This document shows positions 8,869 to 17,356 of a stretch of DNA of 31,010 bases, piece by piece. Both the position numbers and the translations under genes were made by a program. The DNA comes from Acidilobaceae archaeon (GTDB lineage: Archaea > Thermoproteota > Thermoprotei_A > Sulfolobales > Acidilobaceae): the NCBI GenBank assembly GCA_038824665.1, contig JAWBBK010000004.1, positions 46,759 to 77,768 of the forward strand, written 5' to 3'. The notes beneath the pieces were generated by a model that saw nothing but the letters and a program-made list of their open reading frames with translations, was not told the origin of the DNA and searched no databases. Within the stretch, counting starts at the first letter, position 1. Each line of letters opens with the position of its first letter.

Positions 8869-9774
8869 ATGGAGGGAAAGTCTTTAGAAGATATGGCTTA
8901 TAGGTTCTGTAAAGAAGAGCTTAGCGCCTACCTGATCTACAACATGCTCTTCCAACAGGAAGAAAACCCGAAGCTCAGAGAGTCCCTAGCGAAAGCAGCA
9001 GAGAGAGAACTAGCTCACTACGAGTTCTGGAAAACGCTAGCTGGAAGAGACTGTAGAGATATCAGCAAGCTCAGAATCAACCTCTTTCTTCTGTCCCGTA
9101 GACTTCTCGGTCTAACTTTCACTCTTAGGTTACTTGAGAGAGGCGAAAAGAAAGCCGTAAGAGAGTATTCAGCTATCTCTGAGAGCTTAAGAGCAGAGCT
9201 GAGAGAAAAGGTAAGAGAGATCTTGGAGGACGAAGAAGAACATGAAGAAGCTTGGATGAAGGCTTTAGCTGAAGAGGAGAGAGTAGTCAGATATTTAGGC
9301 TTCATAGCTCTAGGAGTAGCCGATTCGATCATTGAACTCACAGGAGTCTTCGCAGGATTCTTAGGAGCCACAGCTAGTACGAGGCTTGCAGGCTTAGCGG
9401 GGCTGGTCGTAGGGATAGCAGCAGCTCTGTCTATGGCTGGAGCGGCTTACGCTCAAGCCAGACATGAAGCTGAAAGTAAAGTAGACCCTTTGACCTCAGC
9501 CATAGCGACAGGGCTTTCCTACATCTTCGTAGTCATCTTGCTGACGACTCCTTTTCTGCTTCTAGAAAACGCTACTATAGCTCTAGCGACATCGCTCGCT
9601 ACAGCGACGGCAATAGTATCTGCCTTCACGCTATACTCTAGCGTAATCAAGAACACAAGCTATCTAAGAGATCTTTCAGAAACTCTAGCTGTGATGATAG
9701 TAACCATAATAATCGCATACGTCGTGGGTTACGTTTTGAGAGAGTTATTGGGACTGCACATAGAGTTACCTTGA
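8869..9774 (+). CDS. Rubrerythrin/ferritin-like domain fused to a VIT1/CCC1 membrane domain (iron export/detoxification type)
   Basis: Di-iron ExxH motifs (ERELAH, EDEEEHEE), then LGVADSIIELTG, GIAAALSMAG..Y and several TM helices. Confidence 0.88.
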   Translation: MEGKSLEDMAYRFCKEELSAYLIYNMLFQQEENPKLRESLAKAAERELAHYEFWKTLAGRDCRDISKLRINLFLLSRRLLGLTFTLRLLERGEKKAVREYSAISESLRAELREKVREILEDEEEHEEAWMKALAEEERVVRYLGFIALGVADSIIELTGVFAGFLGATASTRLAGLAGLVVGIAAALSMAGAAYAQARHEAESKVDPLTSAIATGLSYIFVVILLTTPFLLLENATIALATSLATATAIVSAFTLYSSVIKNTSYLRDLSETLAVMIVTIIIAYVVGYVLRELLGLHIELP

Positions 9775-9879
9775 ATGCTCTAAATGTTGAAAACGATAAG
9801 CATAAGAGCGGGATCGTTACTACCTACAGTTGTTATATTAACGCTATTTGTATGAAAAGACCGTGAGAGCTGAAAGCAG

Positions 9880-10494
9880 ATGACTTTGAACGCAGTAGTT
9901 CTTCCGCAAACAAATCTAGAACAAGAGCTGAAAGCAGCTAAGCTCTATGGAGCTATAGGAACAACATCATTGCTTGTCAGCACAATATTGGCAGTGATCC
10001 CTTACGTTGGTATATTCTTGACTCTAACGTCCTATATCCTTGGTCTTGTGTTACTACTTCTAGCTTTCAAGAAACTCTCAGACGTTTACAACAGATCAGA
10101 GATCTTCAAGAACGCCATGATATGGTTAGTCTTAGACGTTGTAGCAAGTCTGCTCGCGATTCTCGGCCTTGTAGCTATTGGAGTAGCCTTTTTTGAATTC
10201 ATCATCAGAGGTCGGTCTCTGGCCTTTTTAACAGGGTTCTTATCCTTGTTACTATCGTTGGCGATCTTTGTAGTCTCTGCGTTCTTTTACTACAGAGCCG
10301 TCTCGACAGTAGCTGAAGTCTCTAAGAACGAACTCTTCAAGTGGTCTGGGATCTGCCAGCTCGTAGGGGCTCTGACTTTAATACTGCTAATAGGATTCTT
10401 TCTCATGTTTGTAGCTGAGATACTACTCTTGATCGCTTTCCTTGAACTCAAGTCCGAAAATGTACAGCTTGTAGCTCAATCCCAGCCGACATAG
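9880..10494 (+). CDS. DUF996-like membrane protein
   Basis: GLVLLLLAFKKLSDVYNRSEIFKN and F..SG....VGALTLILLIGFFL..VA.ILL.IAF pattern, about 5-6 TM. Confidence 0.75.
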   Translation: MTLNAVVLPQTNLEQELKAAKLYGAIGTTSLLVSTILAVIPYVGIFLTLTSYILGLVLLLLAFKKLSDVYNRSEIFKNAMIWLVLDVVASLLAILGLVAIGVAFFEFIIRGRSLAFLTGFLSLLLSLAIFVVSAFFYYRAVSTVAEVSKNELFKWSGICQLVGALTLILLIGFFLMFVAEILLLIAFLELKSENVQLVAQSQPT

Positions 10495-10572
10495 CGATCG
10501 TCTCTTTAAACAACTCATCACAGAAATAGAATATCTCTCCTCTTCGAACTCCTCTCTGGGTAGGGCTATCGA

Positions 10573-11607
10573 CTGAGCCCAAAGGCTAGACTCTGGAGGA
10601 AGCTCAACGGTTCGCTAGTCGAATGTCTTGTCTGCGAAAGGAGGTGTGTGATCCCTCAGGGTAGAACAGGAATTTGTGGAAACTATCTGAACGTTGGAGG
10701 CGAGCTAGAACACTTTGGCTACGGTAGACTAAGTGCTATTGAGAGCAGACCCATAGAGATTAAGCCTCTCTTCCACTATTGGCCTAACAGCACAGCTCTC
10801 ACCTATTCCACTTATGGCTGTAACTTCTACTGCCCTTGGTGTCAGAACCGTCACCTGAGCTTTAGAAGGCCTCAGAAAGAAGATCCTGTGATATCTCCTC
10901 AAGAGCTAGTAGAGACCGCTTTGGCTAGCGGGGACGAGGGTCTCTCAGCTAGTTTTAACGAGCCTACAGTAAACCTCGATTACGTGATCGACGTCACGAT
11001 TGAAGCTAAGAAAAGAGGACTCTACTCAATGATCGTAACGAACGGCTACATGAGCACAGAGGCCATCAGGGTCTTGGTAGAAGCTGGGGTAGATGGATGG
11101 AGTATAGACATCAAAGGGTGTCCTCAAATGCGGAGAGCTCTAGGTACTATAGACCACTCACTAGTCTTTAGAAACGCCAAACTTGTTTTAGACTTAGAAG
11201 GTCACGTCGAAATGGTCTACCTTGTAGTGACGAATACTAACGATTTTGAGAAGTGTGTAGAGTGGATATTAGAGAAACATCTAGACGTTCTAGGTCCGGA
11301 CGTCCCTCTTCACGTAAACAGATACTATCCTGCTGGAGTCTGGAAAGAACCTCCCACACCTATTCCTCGACTTTTGGAAATCAAGGAAAAGGCTAAGAAA
11401 ATGGGAATAAACTACATCTATATAGGTAACGTAGGAGACCCAAGACTAGAGTTTACGGTGTGCCCTAGCTGTAAGAAGACCCTGATCGTGAGGAAGGACT
11501 ACAGAGTGAAGCTTTTCGTTCTTGAAAGAAGTCCAAACGGAGACTGGAGATGTCCTCGTTGCGGACTCAAGATCCCTATAAGAGGAGAGTACATAGCGTA
11601 CAAGTAG
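10573..11607 (+). CDS. Radical SAM enzyme, AmmeMemoRadiSam/PflA-like family
   Basis: GCNFYCPWCQN, PIEIKPLFH, FNEPT, YIYIGNV, C-terminal CPSC/CPRC. The conserved N-terminal ARLW...C..C.R.C lies upstream of the track start (10648), so the start is moved to CTG 10573. Confidence 0.88.
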   Translation: MSPKARLWRKLNGSLVECLVCERRCVIPQGRTGICGNYLNVGGELEHFGYGRLSAIESRPIEIKPLFHYWPNSTALTYSTYGCNFYCPWCQNRHLSFRRPQKEDPVISPQELVETALASGDEGLSASFNEPTVNLDYVIDVTIEAKKRGLYSMIVTNGYMSTEAIRVLVEAGVDGWSIDIKGCPQMRRALGTIDHSLVFRNAKLVLDLEGHVEMVYLVVTNTNDFEKCVEWILEKHLDVLGPDVPLHVNRYYPAGVWKEPPTPIPRLLEIKEKAKKMGINYIYIGNVGDPRLEFTVCPSCKKTLIVRKDYRVKLFVLERSPNGDWRCPRCGLKIPIRGEYIAYK

Positions 11608-11721
11608 GCTCCTTAGGTTTAACTGGTTTCAAAGTCTATCACCGCTCCCTTCTGTATTTAAGGTTTAGCGATACTAAAAGGAGTTGAAGGTGGAACTATT
11701 GACAAGTTTCTACGAGACGGT

Positions 11722-12861
11722 TTGAGCCTCGTCTGCGTTTCCTGCAGTCTCAAGCTAGAACCAGACCTCTGGCTCTTCAGATGCCCTGTCTGCGGCGGAA
11801 TGCTCGAAGTGAGACTTCCAGAGAACATAGAAATCAGGTGGAATTCGCTGAGAGGAAGAGGTGTTTGGAGATATTGGGAGTTACTGCCGATCAGAAGAGA
11901 AGTAAAGCCTGTGACTTTAGGTGAGGGAGGAACTCCTCTGTTGAAAGCTGAAAGAGCTGGAGGTCCTGAAGTCTACGTCAAGTTTGAGGGAGCGAACCCT
12001 ACCGGTAGCTTTAAAGACAGAGGCATGACCGTCAGTATCACCATAGCCAAAAGCTTAAGGGTTGGGGCAGTAGCTGTAGCTAGCACAGGAAACACTGCAG
12101 CTTCTGCAGCTGCCTATGCAGCTAGAGCTGGACTCAGATGTCTGGTCTATTTGCCGAAGAGAGGAGTAGCGAAAGGGAAGTTGGCTCAAGCGTTGCTTCA
12201 CGGAGCTGAAGTGGTAGAAATAGAGGGAAGCTTTGACCAAGCTCTAGAAGAGGTCTTGGACAGAGTGATCTCTAAAGAAGCCGAGATATACCCATTAAAC
12301 TCTGTCAACCCCTGGAGACTCGAAGGTCAGAAAACTCTAGCCTTTGAAGTGGTAGAAGAACTAGGCAGAACTCCAAACGCTGTCATCGTGCCTGTAGGTA
12401 ATGCTGGAAACATCTCGGCAATATGGAAAGGCTTCAAAGAGTTGCTAGAGGTCGGGGTGATCGAAAAAACTCCTCGAATGATAGGAGTACAGGCAGAAGG
12501 AGCAGCTCCTCTGGCAAAAGCCTGGCTCAGGAAAGAGCCTAAGCTCATTCCAGTTGAAGAGCCTGAGACTGTAGCTTCAGCTATAAGAATAGGAAAACCT
12601 GTCAACTGGTTCAAGGCGTGGAGAGCTCTTGAGGAGTCTCGAGGAACGATGATCGTCGTAAGCGATGATGAGATACTCAAAGCCCAAAAGCTCTTAGCTA
12701 GGCTGGAAGGGATAGGAGTAGAGCCTGCAAGCGCAGCTGCTTTAGCCGGCTATCTTAAAAGTTTGAACGAAGGACTTATAGATAGAGATGAAACCGTAGT
12801 GATAGTAGCTACAGGACATGCTCTCAAAGATCCAGACTCTATATTTCGGAACGTAGACTAA
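11722..12861 (+). CDS. thrC: Threonine synthase
   Basis: N-terminal CxxC..CxxC, LGEGGTPL, NPTGSFKDRG (PLP Lys), ASTGNT, NSVNPWRLEGQKT, PVGNAGN, EPASAA, TGHALKDP. Confidence 0.93.
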   Translation: MSLVCVSCSLKLEPDLWLFRCPVCGGMLEVRLPENIEIRWNSLRGRGVWRYWELLPIRREVKPVTLGEGGTPLLKAERAGGPEVYVKFEGANPTGSFKDRGMTVSITIAKSLRVGAVAVASTGNTAASAAAYAARAGLRCLVYLPKRGVAKGKLAQALLHGAEVVEIEGSFDQALEEVLDRVISKEAEIYPLNSVNPWRLEGQKTLAFEVVEELGRTPNAVIVPVGNAGNISAIWKGFKELLEVGVIEKTPRMIGVQAEGAAPLAKAWLRKEPKLIPVEEPETVASAIRIGKPVNWFKAWRALEESRGTMIVVSDDEILKAQKLLARLEGIGVEPASAAALAGYLKSLNEGLIDRDETVVIVATGHALKDPDSIFRNVD

Positions 12862-12971
12862 GGACAGACTAAGCTCCCCCAACTAAAGAGTTGAAGAAAA
12901 ATCTTATAACATAGAAAAGGTTTCTTGTGTGATCCTAAAAATGAGTATAGATGGCAAGAGAGGTGATGTGT

Positions 12972-13172
12972 TTGGCTCCCGTTATCAAGTGTCCTAAGTG
13001 TGGTTTCGAAAGGTCAGCAGAGTCTTTCAAACTCTTAAGAGACCCCTGGAAGTTCGGATTCTACACAGTCAAAGCACTTGAGTGTCCTAACTGCGGTAGC
13101 AAATTTAAGTTCTACGAAGGCGTTTCGCCTAGAGGAAAGACGTCTATCTTCACAATACCTAAGAGCAGATAG
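12972..13172 (+). CDS. Small basic zinc-ribbon protein (CPKCG...CPNCG)
   Basis: Two CPxCG knuckles. A strong SD (GAGGTGA, 12960-12966) favours TTG at 12972 over ATG 12951. T-rich tract at 13202-13227 downstream. Confidence 0.75.
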   Translation: MAPVIKCPKCGFERSAESFKLLRDPWKFGFYTVKALECPNCGSKFKFYEGVSPRGKTSIFTIPKSR

Positions 13173-13254
13173 CTCTAAAGAGTTCAAGTTCAAGTAAAGC
13201 CTTTTTATGTATTTTTTTATGTATTTTCTAGAAAGCGTCTACAGAGTGGGTAAA

Positions 13255-15831
13255 ATGGTTTCTCTTAGCTATTTTAAAGAGTTCTTCCTGCTTTTACTTA
13301 TATCCTCATTACTGCTTCCAGCACCTGTTTCATCGAGTTCCATCCAGGTAGCGGAAAGAACGGAACACCCGTTCTTTCAAGAAAACGTTTCTTTAGTTAA
13401 GAGGAGGTTCATAGTGTTAGGAGACGAGAGACTTGAAAAAGCTCTCGAGCTAGTGGAGTTGAGAGGCGGCAGAGTGCTAGACAGGTTCGTTCTGCTCAAA
13501 GGAGCTGTCATTGAGACCGATGAGATCACTATAACGTTCCTTAAGTCTCTAGGTCTCGCTATCTACCCAGATAGAACATATCATCTCATCAAACCTTTCG
13601 AGCCTTTATTCGAGATGTATCCACAACTTAGAGAAGCTACAGCAAGCATAGGAGCCTCTATAGCTTGGAACATGGGGTTCGAGGGAAAAGGGGTCAAAGT
13701 GGCTATCATAGACACAGGAATACAGAACGAACATCCGTGGCTCATAAGAGACGGAGTTAGCGTAGTCAAGTGGGAGGTGGACGCTACAAATACAGGAATA
13801 ACCGACTATTGTGGATTCAGGATCGGCTATCATGAAGGAGGACTCCATGGAACTCACATAGCGGGTATAATCGCTAGTCAGAACACTGATCATAAGGGAG
13901 TAGCTCCTGGAGTTGACATCTATGACATAATAGTTTTTCCTGAAGAGCTGAACTGTTCGTCCACCTTTGAGTCAATATTAATCAAAGGAATCGAGCTGGC
14001 TCTCTTAGGTCCCGACGGAGTTATAGGAACTGGAGACGAGGCTGATGTAATCAACTTGAGTCTAGGCTTTACAGCTCCACCACAACTTCAGTACGCTATA
14101 AGAGCTAAGATCGTGAGGCTAGCTGTGGTGGAGCTTCTAGAAGAAGCTGTGAAGCGTGGTAAAGTAGTTGTTGTAGCCGCAGGTAACAGCTTTGGACTCA
14201 ACACGATCAACGTCTTGTGCTTAGCTGAAGGAGTTATATGTGTAGGAGCGTCAAGTCATATGGGAACTCCCGAGCCGGAGGACGACGTTCTTGCTTGGTT
14301 TAGCTCTAAAGGGCCAGGACCTCTAGGGTCCTTTTTGCCTCATGTGGCTGCTCCAGGAGTTTACATATACTCCTCTGTGCCCACACATCTCGGCTACGAG
14401 GGAGCTATCCTCAGCGGAACCTCTATGGCTACTCCTTTCGTTTCAGGAGCATCTGCCATACTGATAAACTACTATAAGTCTCGAGGAGTAGAGTGGAGCC
14501 CAGCTTTTATCAGAGCCATGCTCATACAGACAGCTATAGATGTGAGACCACAGAGTGTCGATGCGTTCTGGCTCTTAGACTCACTGGAGAAAGAGCTCTG
14601 GAGAGCCTTTGTTCCAGAGCCTCCGATAACGACCCCTATAGACCAAGGAGGCGGACTAATACAGGTCCATTTAGCTATAACCTCTGAAGTTCTTTTGACC
14701 TCACACAACAGGGACCAGATTTACGTGGTAAACAACGTCGGAAAGGTCTTCTTTGAGGTCATAGTAACAAACCTAGCTTACGAGGTCGTAACTCTCAAAG
14801 TAGCGAATGAAGGAGTGTTGAGATTAGTAGAAGCGTATTCTTTCAAGCGCTCTGTCTCAGGAGTTGTAGAGCCTAGAAGGATTGAGCTAGCTCCAGGGCG
14901 TTCTGTAGTCCTCAAAGTTCTTGTCGATGTTGACAAACCGGGCACCTACGTGGGCTATGTAGGATTAGTCAGCGAGAACTCTAAGAGAGTATACAGAATC
15001 CCAGTGCTCGTAGTAGCTCCTATAGACTTAGACCGTGGATACGTTGTGTTTTACGAAAACGTGACTTTAGCTACCAGAGACGCTTGGGATATAATGAACG
15101 TCTATCTAAGAGCTGTTCGTCGTCTCGAGGCGGGAACAGCTTCTGTCGCGCTTCTCCTCTCTCCAGAACAACAAATCCCTTATTCTGTGATCGCGACCGC
15201 TCCTTCAGGAACGTACACAGAGTCTTCATATGCTTCGTTACTCTTTCCTGTTATCGAAACGGGAACTTACACCATCAGCATCTATCTCCCAGTAGTTCTG
15301 ACATACCCTAACGTAGAAGGCAAAGTTTACATGATGGTCCAGGATCCCCATTTGCTAAATCAGAAGTTCTTACTGATTGAGAACAGGATTAACGCTCTTC
15401 AAGAGTCTCTAGCAATTGTAGAGAGTTCTTTAAACGAGCTCAAAGCAGGTCTAGCGGAAGTTAGAACGAGCGTAACGAGAGTTAACGCTTCTGTGGTCGA
15501 GCTTAAAGCTATTCTGAAAGCAATCGAAAACGAACTAGCTTCAGTTAGAAGGGATTTAGAGAAGCTCTCTAGAGAAGTGACCGATCTAGACAAAACTTTA
15601 AGTCAAAGGATAGCTGAAGAAGCGAATAGGATAGACAAATTAGAGACTTTAGCTTCGTCTCTCCGAGTAGCCTTAGAGGATCTCGAAAACAGAACAAAAG
15701 CTCTAGACGGAAACTTGAAAGACCTAGAAGGTAGGTTATCGACTTTACGCCTCATATCGTTTGTAGCTCTAGCTATAGGCGCTATCGGAACGGTCGTAGC
15801 TATAGCCTTTCGGTTTAAGAGATCTGCTTAA
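13255..15831 (+). CDS. Secreted S8 (subtilisin-like) serine protease with beta-rich domains, coiled-coil stalk and C-terminal TM anchor
   Basis: Signal peptide from ATG 13255. Triad motifs IIDTG, HGTHIAG, GTSMATP and oxyanion AAGN. About 130 aa of heptad repeats, then a TM helix and RFKRSA tail. Confidence 0.92.
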   Translation: MVSLSYFKEFFLLLLISSLLLPAPVSSSSIQVAERTEHPFFQENVSLVKRRFIVLGDERLEKALELVELRGGRVLDRFVLLKGAVIETDEITITFLKSLGLAIYPDRTYHLIKPFEPLFEMYPQLREATASIGASIAWNMGFEGKGVKVAIIDTGIQNEHPWLIRDGVSVVKWEVDATNTGITDYCGFRIGYHEGGLHGTHIAGIIASQNTDHKGVAPGVDIYDIIVFPEELNCSSTFESILIKGIELALLGPDGVIGTGDEADVINLSLGFTAPPQLQYAIRAKIVRLAVVELLEEAVKRGKVVVVAAGNSFGLNTINVLCLAEGVICVGASSHMGTPEPEDDVLAWFSSKGPGPLGSFLPHVAAPGVYIYSSVPTHLGYEGAILSGTSMATPFVSGASAILINYYKSRGVEWSPAFIRAMLIQTAIDVRPQSVDAFWLLDSLEKELWRAFVPEPPITTPIDQGGGLIQVHLAITSEVLLTSHNRDQIYVVNNVGKVFFEVIVTNLAYEVVTLKVANEGVLRLVEAYSFKRSVSGVVEPRRIELAPGRSVVLKVLVDVDKPGTYVGYVGLVSENSKRVYRIPVLVVAPIDLDRGYVVFYENVTLATRDAWDIMNVYLRAVRRLEAGTASVALLLSPEQQIPYSVIATAPSGTYTESSYASLLFPVIETGTYTISIYLPVVLTYPNVEGKVYMMVQDPHLLNQKFLLIENRINALQESLAIVESSLNELKAGLAEVRTSVTRVNASVVELKAILKAIENELASVRRDLEKLSREVTDLDKTLSQRIAEEANRIDKLETLASSLRVALEDLENRTKALDGNLKDLEGRLSTLRLISFVALAIGAIGTVVAIAFRFKRSA

Positions 15832-16257
15832 AGACCTCTACGTAACCTCAAGTCTGTTACTCTGCTGTCAGAAATATTAATGCTACTTTTACGTTTGAAA
15901 GAGCTTCTCTCGTTACGTAGTTGTGACGAGATGACTCTAGCGCCGGTTTGTGACAAAGGGTCTTCACGACTTGAAGCTAATGCTTAAATTCATAGATGGG
16001 CTTCTTTACCGCGTTCTCCTTCTTCTTAGCCTCAATTGCTAAATCTAGAGAATGGACTAGAGACGTAGAAGATCGGCATAGTCTACGACATAGTATGTGG
16101 GACGATGTCAGCTGGCTCTTTGGTTGAGTGAAGGAAAGAGAATGTCGGAACGAATCTACTGGGACAGAATGAAGATACTTTCCGTAGCCACAGTTATGTA
16201 TGCTAGGGTGTTTTTATAGGATGAGAAATTAATTGCTTAATTAGAGGTGGTTAGTTT

Positions 16258-16649
16258 ATGACATACAACCTCTTTAGAGCTAACGTCTCTTTCTCTCATG
16301 TTGCTCTTGTTGCTCTTCTAGCTGTGAACATAGTAATAATTGCGGAGTAGTAATGCGTATTAGCTACTTATACATGACGAGCGTTTACACACACTACGAC
16401 TGGGTTGTAGGAGTAGTCATAATCGTGCTCATGTGCATTGCTGCACTATACGGCTTTGTAGGCTACTTTGTAATCATCAGAAAAAAGCTCTACAAACGAG
16501 TTCTCGTCGGCGCCATCACGGTCCAGACGATGTCACTGATCGTAATCATTGCCATAGCTGTAGACCCTGTAATTTTACTAGGGTTTGCAACTTCGATAAT
16601 AACATCCATCTTCATTATCGCATCACTATATCGGGCTTCTTCTCAATAG
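16258..16649 (+). pseudogene. Frameshifted small multi-TM membrane protein gene (or sequencing indel)
   Basis: TATA-like TTTTTATA at about 16211, SD GAGGTG and ATG 16258 give MTYNLFRANVSFSHVALVALLAVNIVIIAE*. Adding one base near 16343 joins this to GVV-MRISYL... (track ORF 16353-16649). Confidence 0.55.
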
Positions 16650-16734
16650 AGTTGTTTTCCTCACGCGCTTAGCGCTTCCTTGTGTTCACTCTTTACATTC
16701 CCTGGTCATCCTTGAGTTCTACCAGCAGTAAACT

Positions 16735-17054
16735 CTAAACTCTGTAGGTGTTTACGACGTATCTCAGCACTAGGTTTCTAAGAGCCTCTGAAGATGAGCT
16801 TCGCGATCTCTACCGCCTAAAGCGTAGTCTGTACATCCATTTCTAGCTAGTCCAACCGTTTCCAGCACTTTTCCAACCTCTAACGCTCTCTCGTCGTCTA
16901 ACCTGGACTTCTCGTTTAGGAGCTTTCACATCGTGACCCCACTTACCCTAAGGACCTTCTGCACTCTCTCCCTATTGTGTTTATTATCACATAGTGGAGG
17001 ATTCTAGCTCTATCTTCTTCACTCAAAAACCTTAGGTTCAGCTCATTGTATCAT
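16735..17054 (-). pseudogene. Decayed N-terminal part of a crenarchaeal HTH-containing tRNA-targeting integrase
   Basis: Pieced across frames: ELNLRFLSEEDRARILHYV / RERVQKVLRVSGVTM*KLLNEKSRLDDER..KVLETVGLARNGCTDYAL / AVEIAKL / EALRNLVLRYVVNTYR. From memory this resembles the N-terminus of crenarchaeal integrases. Same strand as tRNA-Ser and about 110 nt downstream of it. Confidence 0.65.
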
Positions 17055-17073
17055 TATTTCTCAGCTACACCAC

Positions 17074-17102
17074 ACTCTAACACTATCCCTAAGTGTTATA
17101 GT
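17074..17102. repeat. Inverted repeat: 11-bp arms (1 mismatch), 7-bp spacer
   Basis: ACTCTAACACT-ATCCCTA-AGTGTTATAGT, located between tRNA-Ser and the integrase relic. Confidence 0.7.
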
Positions 17103-17162
17103 ACAACAACACTATTTGATCGTTTCATAACATATGAGTAAGGTCTGAACAACGATTGAGAG

Positions 17163-17251
17163 TGGCGCCGGGGGCGGGATTTGAACCCGCGCGGGGCATG
17201 GCCCCACCGGCTTAGCAGGCCGGCGCCCTAGCCAGGCTAGGCGACCCCGGC
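17163..17251 (-). tRNA. tRNA-Ser (anticodon GCT), long variable arm, CCA encoded
   Basis: Reverse complement: GCCGGGG..CCGGC-CT GCT AA-GCCGG, variable arm GGGGC-CAT-GCCCC, GCGGG-TTCAAAT-CCCGC, CCCCGGC-GCCA. Confidence 0.97.
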
Positions 17252-17356
17252 TCCTCGATATCTTCGCTTTATTGAGAGTTATAAGCGTTAGCCGGTTCTC
17301 TCGTTCGAGCTTCAGACATCTGCTTTTAGGGCTCAGCATAGAGAAGTGCGAGGGTC

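Noticed and set aside
8869-9774. Rubrerythrin-VIT1 fusion as a novelty
   Set aside because: This is an already known architecture (erythrin-vacuolar iron transporter/MbfA-like).
9866-9937. 14-nt direct repeat AGAGCTGAAAGCAG at 9866 and 9924
   Set aside because: Only two copies, one inside a coding region, and made of words common in this genome. Not a CRISPR or target-site duplication.
12862-16250. Search for a second copy of the tRNA-Ser 3' end (att direct repeat)
   Set aside because: Only TAGCGCCGG at about 15938 weakly resembles TGGCGCCGG, which is too short to call. The island boundary is left undefined.
17112-17339. 75-aa ORF spanning tRNA-Ser as a possible split-integrase fragment
   Set aside because: It is mostly a translation of the tRNA itself and stops before the integrase-like segment. 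No independent support.
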